A stretch of DNA of 64,000 bases from Eledone cirrhosa (Eukaryota), in contig OZ024743.1 in assembly GCA_964016885.1 (NCBI GenBank), positions 280,240,001 through 280,304,000 of the forward strand. The letters run 5' to 3'. A program made the translations under genes and the position numbers. Of this stretch, positions 14,551 to 27,359 are shown piece by piece. The notes beneath the pieces were generated by a model. That model made no database searches. It was not told the DNA's origin and was given only the letters and a program-made list of their open reading frames with translations. Numbering within the stretch: the first letter of the stretch is position 1; each line of letters opens with the position of its first letter.

Positions 14551-15418
14551 ATGGATAGATAAATAGGATTTTAAAAAGTGAAAGTGCAGATATAAAATGC
14601 AATGACGAGGAAAGTGAAGAGGAATATAAAATAAGAAAAAGATAGACAGAAAGACAGCCAAATAAAATAGCAGAGGGTGAAAAAGGTGTTAGATAAGCGA
14701 GGAGAGAACAAGTTAAAATACGAGGCTATAGAGAAAGAGTTAAATAATAGAGAAGAGAGAGAGAGGGGGAAAGGAGAAAGAGACAGAGACAGAGACAAAG
14801 AGTGAGATAAAGAGAGAGGGGGAAAGAGAGAGAGAGAGAAAGAGGGAGGGGGAAGAGGGGAGAGAGGGGGAGAAAGAGAGAGAAAGAGGAGCGAATTACA
14901 AGTGTCTCGTGGTAACAATACCACTGAATCATGAAAATATAATATAGAATTAAAACGAGAGTGGGGGAGAGGGGGAGGTGTGAAAAAAACAGACTATAGG
15001 AGACAGAGATGGTGGGGGTATGTGTGCTAGAAAGAGAGATAGTGAAAGTAATAATGAGAGAGAGAGAGAGAGACATATCAGCGAATTGATAGTGTAATGT
15101 AGTGACAAATACACTGAATGATCAAAATAGCAGGAGCTAGTGGAGGGTGAAAAAGAGAGAGTGTGAGAGAGAGAGAGAGAAAGGGAGAGAGAGAAGGGAG
15201 TGTAACATAGAGAGAGGGAAGGGGGAATGGTATAATAGATAGAGAGAGGCAAAGAGAGAAGGAGAAACTGTGAGTGTTTGGGTGTGGGTGTGAGAGTGTA
15301 GGTGTGGGTATGTGTGTGTGTATGTGTGTGTGTAAAGGTGAGAGAGAAAGACAGAGACTTGGGAGAAAGGAGAATAAAACAGAAAGTGAGGGAGAGAAAT
15401 ACAGGCAGACAGACAAAA

Positions 15419-15486
<68 letters not shown>

Positions 15487-15884
15487 ATAGACAAAAGGAA
15501 GAGAGGGAGAGAAAGGGTGAGAGAGGGGAAGTGTGAAAGAAGAAAAAAGATTTGAGAGAGAAAAAAAATGAAAGAGTGAGAGAGTGAATAAGTGCGAAAC
15601 TGGGAATGGAAGAGACAGAGAAAGAGGAAGAGAGAGAAAGAGAAAGAAAGAGTATATTGGAATTAGAGAGGGGCAGGGAGATTGGAGAGAAAGAAGAAGA
15701 AAGGATACAGAGTGAAGGTTTTAGAAATAAAGAAAAAGCGAATGGGAGACGTAATAGAGAGAAAAGAGGATGAATCGGAGAAAGAAAGAATGAGTGAGCG
15801 AGTGAAAAATAGAGCCAGTGTAAGAGAGAAGGATATAGAGAGGTGAAAGAGCGGAGATAGAGAGAAAGTGAAAGAGAAGGAGCG

Positions 15885-16608
15885 AGAAGGAGAGAAAGAG
15901 GGGGAGTGAAAGACACAAAGAATGTATGATATAGAAAGGGAGAGAGAGAGAATGAAGCGAGAAAGAGAGGGATTGAAAGGCACAAAGAGTGTATGATATA
16001 GAGAGGAAGGGGGAGAGAATGAGCGAGAAAGAGAGAGAACGAAAGGCACAAAGAGGGTATGATATAGAGAGGAAGGGGGAGAGAATGAGAGAGAAAGAGA
16101 GGGAGTGAAAGACACAAAGAGGGTATGATATAGAGAGGAAGGAGGAGAGAATGAGAGAGAAAGAGAGGGAGTGAAAGACACAAAGAGGGTATGATATAGA
16201 GAGGAAGGGGGAGAGAATGAGCGAGAAAGAGAGGGAACGAAAGGCACAAAGAGTGTATGATATAGAGAGGAAGGGGGAGAGCATGAGCGAGAAAGAGAGG
16301 GAGTGAAAGACACAAAGAGGGTATGATATAGAGAGGAAGGGGGAGAGAATGAGCGAGAAGAGAAGGAGTGAAAGACACAAAGAGTGTATGATATAGAGAG
16401 GAAGGGGGAGAGAATGAGAGAGAAAGAGAGGGAGTGAACGACACAAAGAGGGTATGATATAGAGAGGAAGGGGGAGAGAATGAGCGAGAAAGAGAGGGAA
16501 CGAAAGGCACAAAGAGGGTATGATATAGAGAGGAAGGGGGAGAGAATGAGCGAGAAAGAGAGGGAGTGAAAGACACAATGAGTGTATGATATAGAGAGGA
16601 AGGAGGAG
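15885..16608. repeat. 66-bp purine-rich minisatellite, about 11 copies
   Basis: gtatgatatag recurs at 15991, 16057 and 16123 (period 66); 22-aa repeat in ORF 15663-16313. Confidence 0.9.
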
Positions 16609-17019
16609 TGATGGGGGTTGATAAAAGACAGAGAGGAGTGCGAGGAGAGAAAGGGAGAATAGAGAAAAAGAAAAAGAGTAAAAAGAAAAGAAATAAAGAT
16701 ATATAGAGAGAGGGAGAGAGAAAAGGATGGGGGGGAGAACTAATGATGGCGGTAAGAGATATACTGTGAATTGAAACAGCAGAATTAGAGAGAGGGGGAG
16801 AGAGAGAGGGGGGAGCAAATCGAGGAAAAACAAGTAAGTGAGATAAGAGGGAGTCAGAGGAGAAATAGGGAGATGGAGTGATGAAGATGTGGAAAGAGAG
16901 GTGGATATCCAGAGAGAGATAGAGAGAGTGGATATGGAAAGAGAGGAGAAGGGAGGGAGAGGGGGGAGAGTTAAATGGCGGGAGATATATATAGACAGGG
17001 AGGGGGATATATAGATATG

Positions 17020-17098
<79 letters not shown>

Positions 17099-17154
17099 GT
17101 TATTCCGGGTTGAATCGGAGGTAACAACAGTAAGTAAGGTACTCAATACATAGC

Positions 17155-17201
17155 ATTCCTGATGATTTCTAATGAATGAAACAGTTCTAGTCCTGTAGAA
17201 T
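17155..17201 (+). ncRNA. Hammerhead ribozyme motif (type I) inside a short insert at 17098-17210
   Basis: attc, ctgatga, tttctaatgaat, gaaa, cag ttctagtc ctg, ta, gaat. All core nucleotides are present with a GUA triplet; helix II is weak. Confidence 0.7.
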
Positions 17202-17205
17202 CTCA

Positions 17206-17303
<98 letters not shown>

Positions 17304-17809
17304 CATATATATATAATATATATATATCTATTTATTTATTTATATATATATATTTATATTCATATATTTATATATATATAGAGAGAGAGAGAGAGAGTGC
17401 GAGAGAAAGAGAGAGAGGGAGAGGGAGAGAGAGAGAGACAGAGGGAGAGAGAGAGAGAGACAGAGACAGAGAGAGAGATTTGAAAGTGAGGTGGTGAAAT
17501 GGTGTGAATGAGAAATATAAACAGTGAGGTGAAATGGAAGTAGAGGAGGTGCTAGGAAAATAGTGGAGGTGAGAGATTGAGGGAAGGGGAGAGTGTGATT
17601 GAGAGAATGGATAAACATATATATAGAAGGGGGGGAAAGTTTTGGAGGGACAGGGAGAGGAGAGAGAGGGTGAATGAGATGAATGGTTAACATATCGAGG
17701 GAGCGAGAGAGTGTGAGTCTGTGCGGAAGGGACACGGGATAGAAGAATAAATATAGAGAGGGAGAGAGAAGAGAGTGCGTGTGAATGAGAGTGGGGCTCA
17801 TATGTTTGT

Positions 17810-18222
17810 CGTTGAAGTTGCTGCTGCTGTTGTTGTTAATGTTATTATTGTAGTTACTGTTGTTGTTGTTATTGTTGATGTTGTTATTGTAGTTACTGTT
17901 GTTGTTGTTGTTATTGTTGATGTTGTTATTGTAGTTACTGTTGTTGTTGTTGATGTTGTTATTGTAGTTACTGTTGTTGTTGTTATTGTTGATGTTGTTA
18001 TTGTTGATGTTGTTGTTGCTGTTGTTGTTGCTGTTGTTGTTGATGTTGTTATTGTAGTTACTGTTGTTGTCGCTGTTATTGTTGTCGTTATTGTTGATGT
18101 TGTTGCTGTTACTGTTGTTGTTGTCGTTGTTATTGTTGTCGTTATTGTTGATGTTGTTGTTGCTGTTGTTGTTGTTGTTGTTGCTGTTGTTGTTGTTGTC
18201 GTTATTGTTGCTGCTGTTGTTG

Positions 18223-18254
<32 letters not shown>

Positions 18255-18425
18255 GGTGGTGTTGTTGTTGTTATTGTAGTTACTGTTGTTGTTGTCGTTG
18301 TTATTGTTGTCATTATTGTTGATGTTGTTGTTGCTGTTGTTGTTGTTGTCGTTATTGTTGATGTTGTTATTGTCGTTACTGTTGTTATTGCTGTTGTTGT
18401 TGTTGTCATTCCTGTTGTTATTGTT
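17810..18425. repeat. Complex (GTT)n-derived repeat with 30-36 bp higher-order units
   Basis: Recurring gatgttgttattgtagttactgttgttgtt; explains the poly-Asn, poly-Thr and poly-Val ORFs. Confidence 0.9.
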
Positions 18426-19336
18426 CATTGCTATTATGTCAGCCCATGAAATGCAAACATGATAAAAGTCATTCCAGCCATGACCATTCCGCTTTTCTTT
18501 TTCTATTTTTTTTTCAATTGATATAGGATTACGAGGATCGGCTGGAAAGCTCATAGGCTGACTATGAAGGAGTGATGCTAGAGCTGTGAAATCTTGCATG
18601 CATTAATTTCAACTCTTCTTATTAATAACTGCATTGTTTCTTTCCAGAAACTCTGTAGAAAAATTAAAACCGCATTTAGTAATTTCATGAGAGTATCTTG
18701 GTTAGCCTATGAACTTTTCAGCCTATTAACTTTCCATTCTATAAACTTTTCAGCCGACCCTCCTACGTTATCCAATGTGTCTAACCATTATATTTTTTAG
18801 TAGTGTGTGAGTTGAGGAAGATATGGGTACTATTTTCAGTAAGTCAAGTTCCTCCATTCACACGATGGTCAGGTTGTAGGATAAAGAGAAAGGAGGAAAA
18901 CAGAGAGAATAACAGAGAAGAGAGAAGAGCTATGTATTTGTGTATGTGTATGTTTGTTTGTATGTGGCTATATGATGGTGTATGTGTATTTGTGTTTGTA
19001 TATATGCATCTGTGTGCATAGGTGAGTGTGTGTATGTGTGCTTGCGTGTATTTGTGCGCATTTGTGTATCTGTGTATGTGTGTGGTGTATGCGTGTGTGT
19101 ATGTCTATGTTTATTTATGTGTTTGTATATACGTCTGTATGTATGTGGTATATATATGTGATTCTGTATTTGTATATAATGTGTGTGTGTGCGTTGTATA
19201 CAGTGTGTGTATCTTTCTTTATGTGTCTATTCATATGTGGTGAGTATACGTATATCGGCGATACCGTATGTACGGTGTGTGTGTGTGTATGTGGATGTGG
19301 ATGTATATACGAATATATGGTGTATATGTTCTATAT

Positions 19337-19468
19337 GCGGTCAAAATGTCTCGTGTGAATTGTTCCGGCTCTTTATATTCTGAGTTCAAATCCTGCCGGG
19401 ATCGACTTCACCTTCGCCTTTCATCTTTCCGGGGTCTATAAAATAAAGTACCCGTCAAGTACTCGACT
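19337..19468 (+). mobile_element. tRNA-derived SINE copy
   Basis: ttctgagttcaaatcctgccgggatcgactt...gcctttcatctttccggggtctataaaataaagtacc. Confidence 0.7.
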
Positions 19469-19977
19469 ATTAATCCAAGTTCACCTACAAAATATTATTG
19501 GTTTAAAACCCCTATAAAGTGAAACTGCCAGAAAGAAAAAGAGTTTCGGTGGGAGTGAGGGATGAAATATGAGCCAAGAATAAGGAAGGTCGATAAGGGG
19601 GATTGGAGAAAGGGGAGAGAACATAAAAAAAGTGAAAGATATACAAATATGAGAGATAACGAGGAATTTGGGAATTGAGAGAGCGAAGAACGAGAGAGTA
19701 AGTGTGAGAGAGGGGGCATATGAGAAAATAAGTTAAAAGAGCTTTTTAAATATAAGTCTTCAACCTATTTGCCTTCAACGTATTTGTATTTATCGTTGTT
19801 GGAGTATAAGTATGGCCATAGCTTTTGGTCGCTTTTCTTGGTGTCACACTTTATTAACTTTTGTGTTTACTCTGGACGATAATGTATTAACTTCTCGCTC
19901 CATTGAGTGCTTTGTGACTGCCTCAAACAATTCGATTTGTATCTGCTATATTGCGGCTAAAACTTCGATTCAAACCC

Positions 19978-20154
<177 letters not shown>

Positions 20155-20289
20155 AAGGAACCAAATAAATATATATATTTTAAAAAAAAATAAGACTCCA
20201 GTTGCATTTTCGATTTCATCTCTTTTTCTTTATACTTTCACTCGTGTAGGACACCTCGGTTATTTTTCATTTTGTAAAAAAACCCTCAC

Positions 20290-20291
<2 letters not shown>

Positions 20292-20371
<80 letters not shown>

Positions 20372-20700
20372 GGGTTTGTATGTAACAAACTTTTGGCAAA
20401 ACGGCCGGCTGGACCAAACAGCACCAATTTTGCACCATAGATGTAACTTTTTCCAAGTAAGAGACTGAGGGTATTTTTGTCTTCTAAATTTCGTTAAAAG
20501 ATTAAAGATATTTTATTATTTATTTAAATATTCACTTCTTTAAAATTTTCAAATGTCAACACTTCCGTTTATACGACATTCCGCTCTTTTTCTTAGTCTG
20601 TCCTTTTAGATAGATACATAGCTATAACGCCGTGCCCTTATAATATGTCTCTGTATGTCTGGCTGTCTACATTATGAAAACCATTCTGTACATTGACTTC
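20292..20700 (+). mobile_element. Non-autonomous Helitron 5' fragment
   Basis: About 290 bp homologous to the reverse complement of 25960-26230; begins tctaatata with an expanded (TA)n. Confidence 0.65.
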
Positions 20701-20753
20701 GCTATCTGTGTCTGTGCGTATATATGTATATATAGTGTGTGTATATATATATA

Positions 20754-20829
<76 letters not shown>

Positions 20830-21025
20830 CGTTTCTGAATTTGTTTAGCAAGATTGTTTATCTGAAATCGTGTGTTGAAACCGATATTGTTATACTTTGG
20901 GAGGGTCATGTTGCCAATAAGAAACACACGCACCAGTTGTTTTCACTTCAATTTATTATATATTTATAAATTTATAAATTTCTGGTTGGTTGGTTGGTTC
21001 CACAACCAGATAGTTGTTTATATAT

Positions 21026-21070
21026 AGTCATAGTTCTTTCGTCACACACTCTGTGACCTCTTCAGTGACT
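21026..21070 (-). ncRNA. Minimal hammerhead ribozyme motif (left arm)
   Basis: agtca, ctgaaga, g gtcac agagtgt gtgac, gaaa, gaac, ta, tgact. Confidence 0.7.
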
Positions 21071-21596
21071 GGGGATTCCTTTCTTTGTTTCTGTGCCTCT
21101 CCTTTGTTCTGTCCTACGCCATTTTGTTTCTGTGTGTGTGTTGTGTGCTCAGTCTGCGCATGCGCCACATCCGGGTGTCTGTGTGTGTTTATGTTCATTT
21201 ATTTATTTGTTTACTTACATGTTACTGGTTGGTTGTTTGTTCTATATGTGTGTGTGTTTTCATTTTGTCCTTAATTGTAAGTTGTGATGTTGCTGTTCCA
21301 CTCATATTTTCTATTTAATTTTAATTAAAATTAAAATTAAAATTAAAATTAAATAGAAAATATGAGTGGAACAGCAACATCACAACTTACAATTAAGGAC
21401 AAAATGAAAACACACACACACATAGAACAAACAACCAACCAGTAACATGTAAGTAAACAAATAAATAAATGAACATAAACACACACAGACACCCGGATGT
21501 GGCGCATGCGCAGACTGAGCACACAACACACACACAGAAACAAAATGGCGTAGGACAGAACAAAGGAGAGGCACAGAAACAAAGAAAGGAATCCCC

Positions 21597-21641
21597 AGTC
21601 ACTGAAGAGGTCACAGAGTGTGTGACGAAAGAACTTTGACT
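21597..21641 (+). ncRNA. Minimal hammerhead ribozyme motif (right arm)
   Basis: agtca, ctgaaga, g gtcac agagtgt gtgac, gaaa, gaac, tt, tgact. Confidence 0.7.
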
Positions 21642-21872
21642 ATATATAAACAACTATCTGGTTGTGGAACCAACCAACCAACCAGAAATTTATAAATTTA
21701 TAAATTTATAAATTTATAAATATATAATAAATTGAAGTGAAAGCATCTGGTGCGTGTGTTTCTTATTGGCAACATGACCCTCCCAAAGTATAACAATATA
21801 TATATTTATATATAGTGTTAGTATCATAAATAACAGACAGTTTAATTTGTACATTGTATTACAGCATTCCTT

Positions 21873-24800
21873 TATACGTATATATACGTATATATTCTAA
21901 GGCGGGTAAAATTCCCGAGATCCATGGATGAGTTCTCTCCAGCGGTCTCTGTCCCTCATTATCGCTGCCATGTCCTGCGTCTCCAACAGACCAGTGACTG
22001 TCCTTAGGGCATCAACATACGTTAACCTTGGTCTTCCCCTTCTAGTGTGTCCATGTAGGGGCTCCCACAGGAGCACTGAGTGCAATGTCAACTCTGGATG
22101 TCGGTGAGCATGTCCAGCTAACCTCAGTCTCCTCTGTGTCACTTTTGAGCTGACTTTTGGGATGCTCCCATACAGCTCTGAGATTTTCATCCTCAGTGTA
22201 TACTGATTAATGTTCAGAGCCATCCTCAGCATTCCCGTGTAGCACCCATCCACCATCTGAGTGAGTTTCTTGGTCAGTGTCCAAGTCTCAGACCCATACA
22301 GCAGCACAGACTCCACTACAGCAATGAAGAGGCGGATTTTCAGGTCTTTACGAAGGTCCGACCTCCACACCGATCTCAAGCTGTGGCACGCCGCCCAGGC
22401 TTTGCTCTTCCTCTCAACCACATCATCTTCCGTATTCCCAATCTTTGCTCCCAAATACAGGAAGCCGTCAACCAATTCTAGCGGCTTCCCGCCTACATTA
22501 GTGATCCCCTCTGGCTTCTCAACATTCTCTACCAGATATTTTGTTTTAGTCTCATTCATTCTCAGCCCCACACTCATCGACACAGTCTCAACCTCTCGCA
22601 TCAAATCCTCTGACTCATTCACTGTATTTGTCACCAAAGTTATGTCGTCGGCAAATTCAGCATCCGATACCTTTTTCGCCCTAACTCTTCTGCTCTGAGC
22701 CGGTGCTACACTAAAGCCAGAGTCCTGGTGTTTCTCCAGTGCAAGGCGCATACAATAGTCTACTACGATAATAAAAAGGTAGGGCTCCAATGTATCTCCC
22801 TGGAGCACTCCAGCCAGTATCTCAAAGAACTCCGTCATCCCATCAGGTGTAATGACTTGGGCTTTGGTGTTGGTGTAGAGCAGTGATATCAGGTCCACTA
22901 TCTTCTTGGGGATTCCATAAGCCTGTAAGATCTTCATCAGGCAGTAACGGTTCACAGAATCAAAGGCCTTCCTAAAGTCAATGAAAACCATGACCGCAGG
23001 AAGGCACTTTGCTCTAGCTCCCTCTAATATCCTCCTCAGCATCAGGATGTGACTGGTGGTTGATCTTCCCTCTCTGAAGCCGTTCTGGTTGTCCCTGATC
23101 TTCTTCTCCATCTCAGGCTGGATCCTGTTAAGAATCATCCTGTTGAGGGTCTTTGCCACAAGTGACGTCAGTGAGATCCCCCTGTAGTTGTTGGTGTTAG
23201 AGAGATCTCCCTTCTTTGGCACTGGGACGATGTTACTGATCCTCCACTGATTCGGGGCAACTCCTTTCTCCAGTGCCCGGTTACAGAACCCCAGGATGAT
23301 ATCATCAAAATCACACCTCTTCATCACCTCTGATGTCACTCCATCTTCTCCATGAGCCTTCCCTCCTTGATCCTCTTCTTGGCTCTCTGAAGATCCTCTC
23401 TGGTGAAGGGCTCTGTCTCAACATCCAGTTCCTCAAACAGCCGCCTGATCTCCCCAGTGCTCTGGGCTGTGGAGGGTGGCTTTCCTAGTAGGGCCCTAAA
23501 ATGGTCTAGCCATTTCCTCTTCCTATCCTCGGGCCCCGTTCCCTGGATCTGACTCGAACACCTTCTCTTCCTCCTTGTGATCCCCACTTTCTCTATCAGT
23601 GCCTCCTCTCTGACCTCAGTGTAAGCGGTACAGAGTTCTTCCCTCATCACCTCCACAGTCTCCATCCTCTCCTCCGTAGGATCAGCATAGAATTGGTCCT
23701 TGGCAGCTTTCAGGTGTTCTCTGGCTGCACACACTTTTGGGTTTGCAGAGCTGATGTGCTTCATTTTGTTCTTTTTCCTCGGCACCAGGGTTTCACTTGC
23801 TTCCGCCACTGCATTGGTGAAGTGCCCGTACCTCCTCGTCAGACTCTCCTCAGTCCATCCAATCTCTCTCTCCCCTGACTCTCCACACAGAGCACTAAAC
23901 CTGTTTCTCACTTCCACTGTGAACTTCTCCTGTAGCTTATCATCTTCCCTGAAAGCTCCCCAGTCATAGATTGCTCTCCGGGGCCGAGCCTTGCTCTTTC
24001 TTAAGCTCACCCGGACCTCACTCATAACAAGCCGGTGGTCACTACCAAGTGTACTGAAATAGTTGTATGGTTCTGTGTTCAGAACACTATTCCGCCACTT
24101 TTTCCTCACCAGAATGAAATCAATCTGGGACTTGGACAGGTGTATATCTGAGATGTAGGTCCACATCTTCCCCAGATTCTTCCTAAACCTTAGGTTGGTC
24201 GCTATCAAGTTCGCCTCCAGCAGGGTGTCTCTCAGTAGTCCTCCATTTCGGTTGGTGTTGTTATGGAAGTACCAGCAAGGATCTTCACTGCCCTCCTTAC
24301 TCAGATGTGCATTGAAGTCCCCCAAAACAAGCAGGATATTGTGTGCTTGAGTGGTGTTGACAGCTCTACACACCTCCCCATGGAACTCTTCCGCACTCAC
24401 ATCACTGTCCCCCTCGGTTGGACTATAGGCTGAGATGACTGTCAGTCTTGGGTTTACATTGAAGGTCACCCTCAACACTCGCGGGGAGACAGGAATTATT
24501 TCCCTCACCAATAGATTGGCTTTTGCACTGAACACAAAACCCACTCCTCCTACTGCAGCATTTGTTGTGTTCTTCACTGCCGATGTAGTGATGTGCTGGC
24601 TCCTCTTCCCGATGATCACACTCCTCACGGGCTCATCGTGTAGGATCCTGTGTTCTTGGAACGCAAGTATCTGTATACCACTCTCCTCGAACAGATGTCC
24701 CAACTCCTCTCTCTTCTCCACCGTCCGAATAGTCCTCACATTCAAAGTGCCCATTTTGATGGCTCTTCTGCAGGACAAAACTGCATTCTTTATATTTGTC

Positions 24801-25146
24801 TCAGAGACAGCTGATCCATCATCCACTGGCCCTCTCTGTGGCTCTAAGCCAGCAGAGTCATAACGTCCAGGCTGCTCCTTGACAGTGTAATTAGGGGCTC
24901 TAACCCTAATGCTGTTAGATCGACTCTCCATATTTCTTTTCAATAGCTGACAATACCTTACCGGCGCCACTCGAATAAGGTAGTTATTTAACCCATAAAT
25001 GGAGCCCTAAGGGGTACTACTACCCGAGCCAGGGCAGACCTGGGAGTCATAACAACTAAGGGGTAACTCCACATTCCCCACAACTCCTGAACTCCCGAAC
25101 TGGAGCCTTGCCACTGGATGTAGTTTAATGCCATACCCAGGACATA
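21873..25146 (-). mobile_element. Near full-length RTE-X-like LINE (APE endonuclease plus RT), one frameshift near 23350
   Basis: ORF 23336-24970 (first ATG 24931): GTLNVRT, LAFQEHR, SAYSPT, LGDFNAH, QIDFILV, SDHRLV. ORF 21897-23339: PKKGD, YRGISL, QNGFR, FIDFRKAFDSV, GVLQGD, EFADD, YLG, LLYGSETW, RRLRLAGH, RRGRP. 5' UTR to about 25146. Confidence 0.92.
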
Positions 25147-25168
25147 ATTGTCAATAATTGTCACAAGC

Positions 25169-25231
<63 letters not shown>

Positions 25232-25485
25232 CACACACACATATACTTGTGACAACCATTGACACACAGCACCGGGCCCATGGCACCATCCGACGACAAA
25301 TATATATATATATACATACAGTATACATTGGGATATGCAACATGCAATATAGAGGTGTATATATATATATATATATATACATAAACATGTTATTTACAGT
25401 TGTATAAAAAAAGAAGTATAATTGTTTCTACTTTTGCCACAAGACCAGCAATTATTCCAGTACATTACTGTTACTTTATTATATA

Positions 25486-26253
25486 CTAGCTGGCCCGTCC
25501 GGCTGGCGCCCGGCTAGGTATACCGGCATTTTATTTTTTCAGGAATCCCCCCTCCACTCCAGTGCAAAGATACCGCACGCCCTCTCATGTCTGCAAGGTT
25601 GGGGGGGGGGGGGGTTAACGTGCTCTGATGTTGGGTTTGAATAGTTTTTAGGATTCCCCAGTTCAGCAGCCAGTAGGTTAAAGAAAATTGATAGTTACAA
25701 CAATAAAAGCTGAACAGAGAACACATTTTTAACAAACAATAATTTGTACAACGATAATGGAAATTCCAAGTAACAGAAAATACATAAATTACATTGTTAG
25801 AGCCTCAGAGTATACAATATTTTTTGTTCGGCCCTCCGAAGCAAAGATGAAGAGATTGTTTGGCGAGCTCACCCTAGAGCATCCTACATACAATTGACCA
25901 TGGCTGAAGCATGGTTTTCTCAGATGAAGGCCAGCCACTTTTAGGGTTTGACCCTGAGCCCATACAGAGACATATTATAAGGGCGCGACGTCATAGCTAT
26001 GTATCTATCTGAAAAGACAGGCTAAGAAAAAGTGAGGAAGGTCGTATAACCGGAAGTGTTGACATTTGAAATTTTAAAGAAGTGAATATTTAAATAATGT
26101 CTTTAATCTTTTAATAAAATTCAGTAGACAAAAATACCCCCAGTTTTTTACTTGGAAAAAGTTACATCTATGGTGCAAATTTGGTGCTGTTTGGTCCAGG
26201 CGTTTGGCGAAAAGTGTGTTACAAACATACGGCCGTCAGCTTTATATTATAGA
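25486..26253 (-). mobile_element. Internally deleted Helitron retaining the helicase C-terminus
   Basis: Minus strand starts A|TC (26253) and ends with a GC-rich hairpin plus CTAG|T (25486). 25790-25960 encodes AQGQTLKVAGLHLRKPCFSHGQLYVGCSRV...TKNIVY (PIF1-type motifs V/VI). Confidence 0.9.
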
Positions 26254-26384
26254 TAATATATATAATGCGACATTCTTTCTCTTTCTTACTCTGTCTTTTT
26301 AGATAGATACATAGCTATACCGTCGCGCGGTTATAATATCTCTCTGTCTGCTGCCTGTCTGCATTGAGTTCGCTTCTAACAAAC

Positions 26385-26423
<39 letters not shown>

Positions 26424-26431
26424 TATATTCG

Positions 26432-26612
26432 TGTACATATTTTCAACTGTACTATATATTTTCAACTGTACTATATATTTTCAACAATAATACTATATAT
26501 TTTCAACAGTAATACTATACTGTACTATTTGTATTCAACAGTCATACTATACTATACTATATATTTTCAACAGTAGCACTATACTATAGGTTTTCAACAG
26601 TGGTACTATACT
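26432..26612. repeat. Degenerate 20-30 bp minisatellite
   Basis: Recurring tatattttcaac(a/t)gt...actata. Confidence 0.75.
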
Positions 26613-26644
26613 ATACTATCCTGATTCTTTTCCTATATATATAT

Positions 26645-26876
26645 AACGAAGGAAGTGTGGTAAGGAATCAGGTGGACCGTAACGCACCAGAGTACTCAAT
26701 ACTTAGTATAGTAGAATGGCTAATAGGAAAATGTTCAAGACCCTCGACAGCAGAGCTCAAGCTGTTTCGACGGCTATTTCTGGACCTAGCCAGAAATAGC
26801 CGTCGAATAGCCTATTTCTAGAAATAGCCGTCGAAACGGCTTGAGCTCTGCCGTCGGGGTCTTGAACATTTGCCTA
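26645..26876. mobile_element. Fold-back PLE-type insert with hammerhead 3' half
   Basis: Arms taggaaaatgttcaagaccc...ggctatttct (from 26724) and agaaatagcc...ggggtcttgaacatttgccta (to 26876); gaaa, cggc/gccg, tc at 26833-26855; left unpaired extension contains gtactcaatac. Confidence 0.7.
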
Positions 26877-27359
26877 TATATATATAAAACATATGTATAT
26901 ATAGAGATAGTTAGAAAGATAGATTTAAACGCTCCTCTTACATGTTTTCTCATATCACTCTTCTCTCACTCTCACTGTCATTATTGACGCTCTCAATTCC
27001 CACATTCCTCTATATCTCAAATCTCTCTTTCACTTACACACATACACACACACACACTGATACACCCACACAGACATACACACACACACACATATATATA
27101 TATACATATATATATAGAGAGAGAGAGAGAGATACATACAAACATACATAATACATACACACATACATACATACATACATACATACATACATACATACAT
27201 ACATACATACATACATACGTGCGTACGTACATACATAAACATACATACATACATACATACATACATACATACATACATACATACATACATACATACATAC
27301 GTACGTACGTACGTACATAAACACACTTACATACATACATATATACATACATATACATG

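Larger units (their letters stand above)
20828..21799. mobile_element. About 915-bp near-perfect palindrome: inverted PLE pseudo-LTR pair
   Basis: Arms 20884-~21325 and ~21345-21799; mirrored ORFs 21014-21274(+) and 21393-21653(-). Each arm has a hammerhead motif. The left arm has an unpaired extension of about 55 bp. Confidence 0.85.

Noticed and set aside
15137-17206. 689-aa Leu/Ser-rich ORF
   Set aside because: Pyrimidine-rich strand of purine repeats and a 66-bp minisatellite; several frames are open at once.
17340-18599. Poly-Asn/Thr ORFs resembling mucin or prion-like proteins
   Set aside because: (AAC)n-derived repeat with no flanking coding context or splice evidence.
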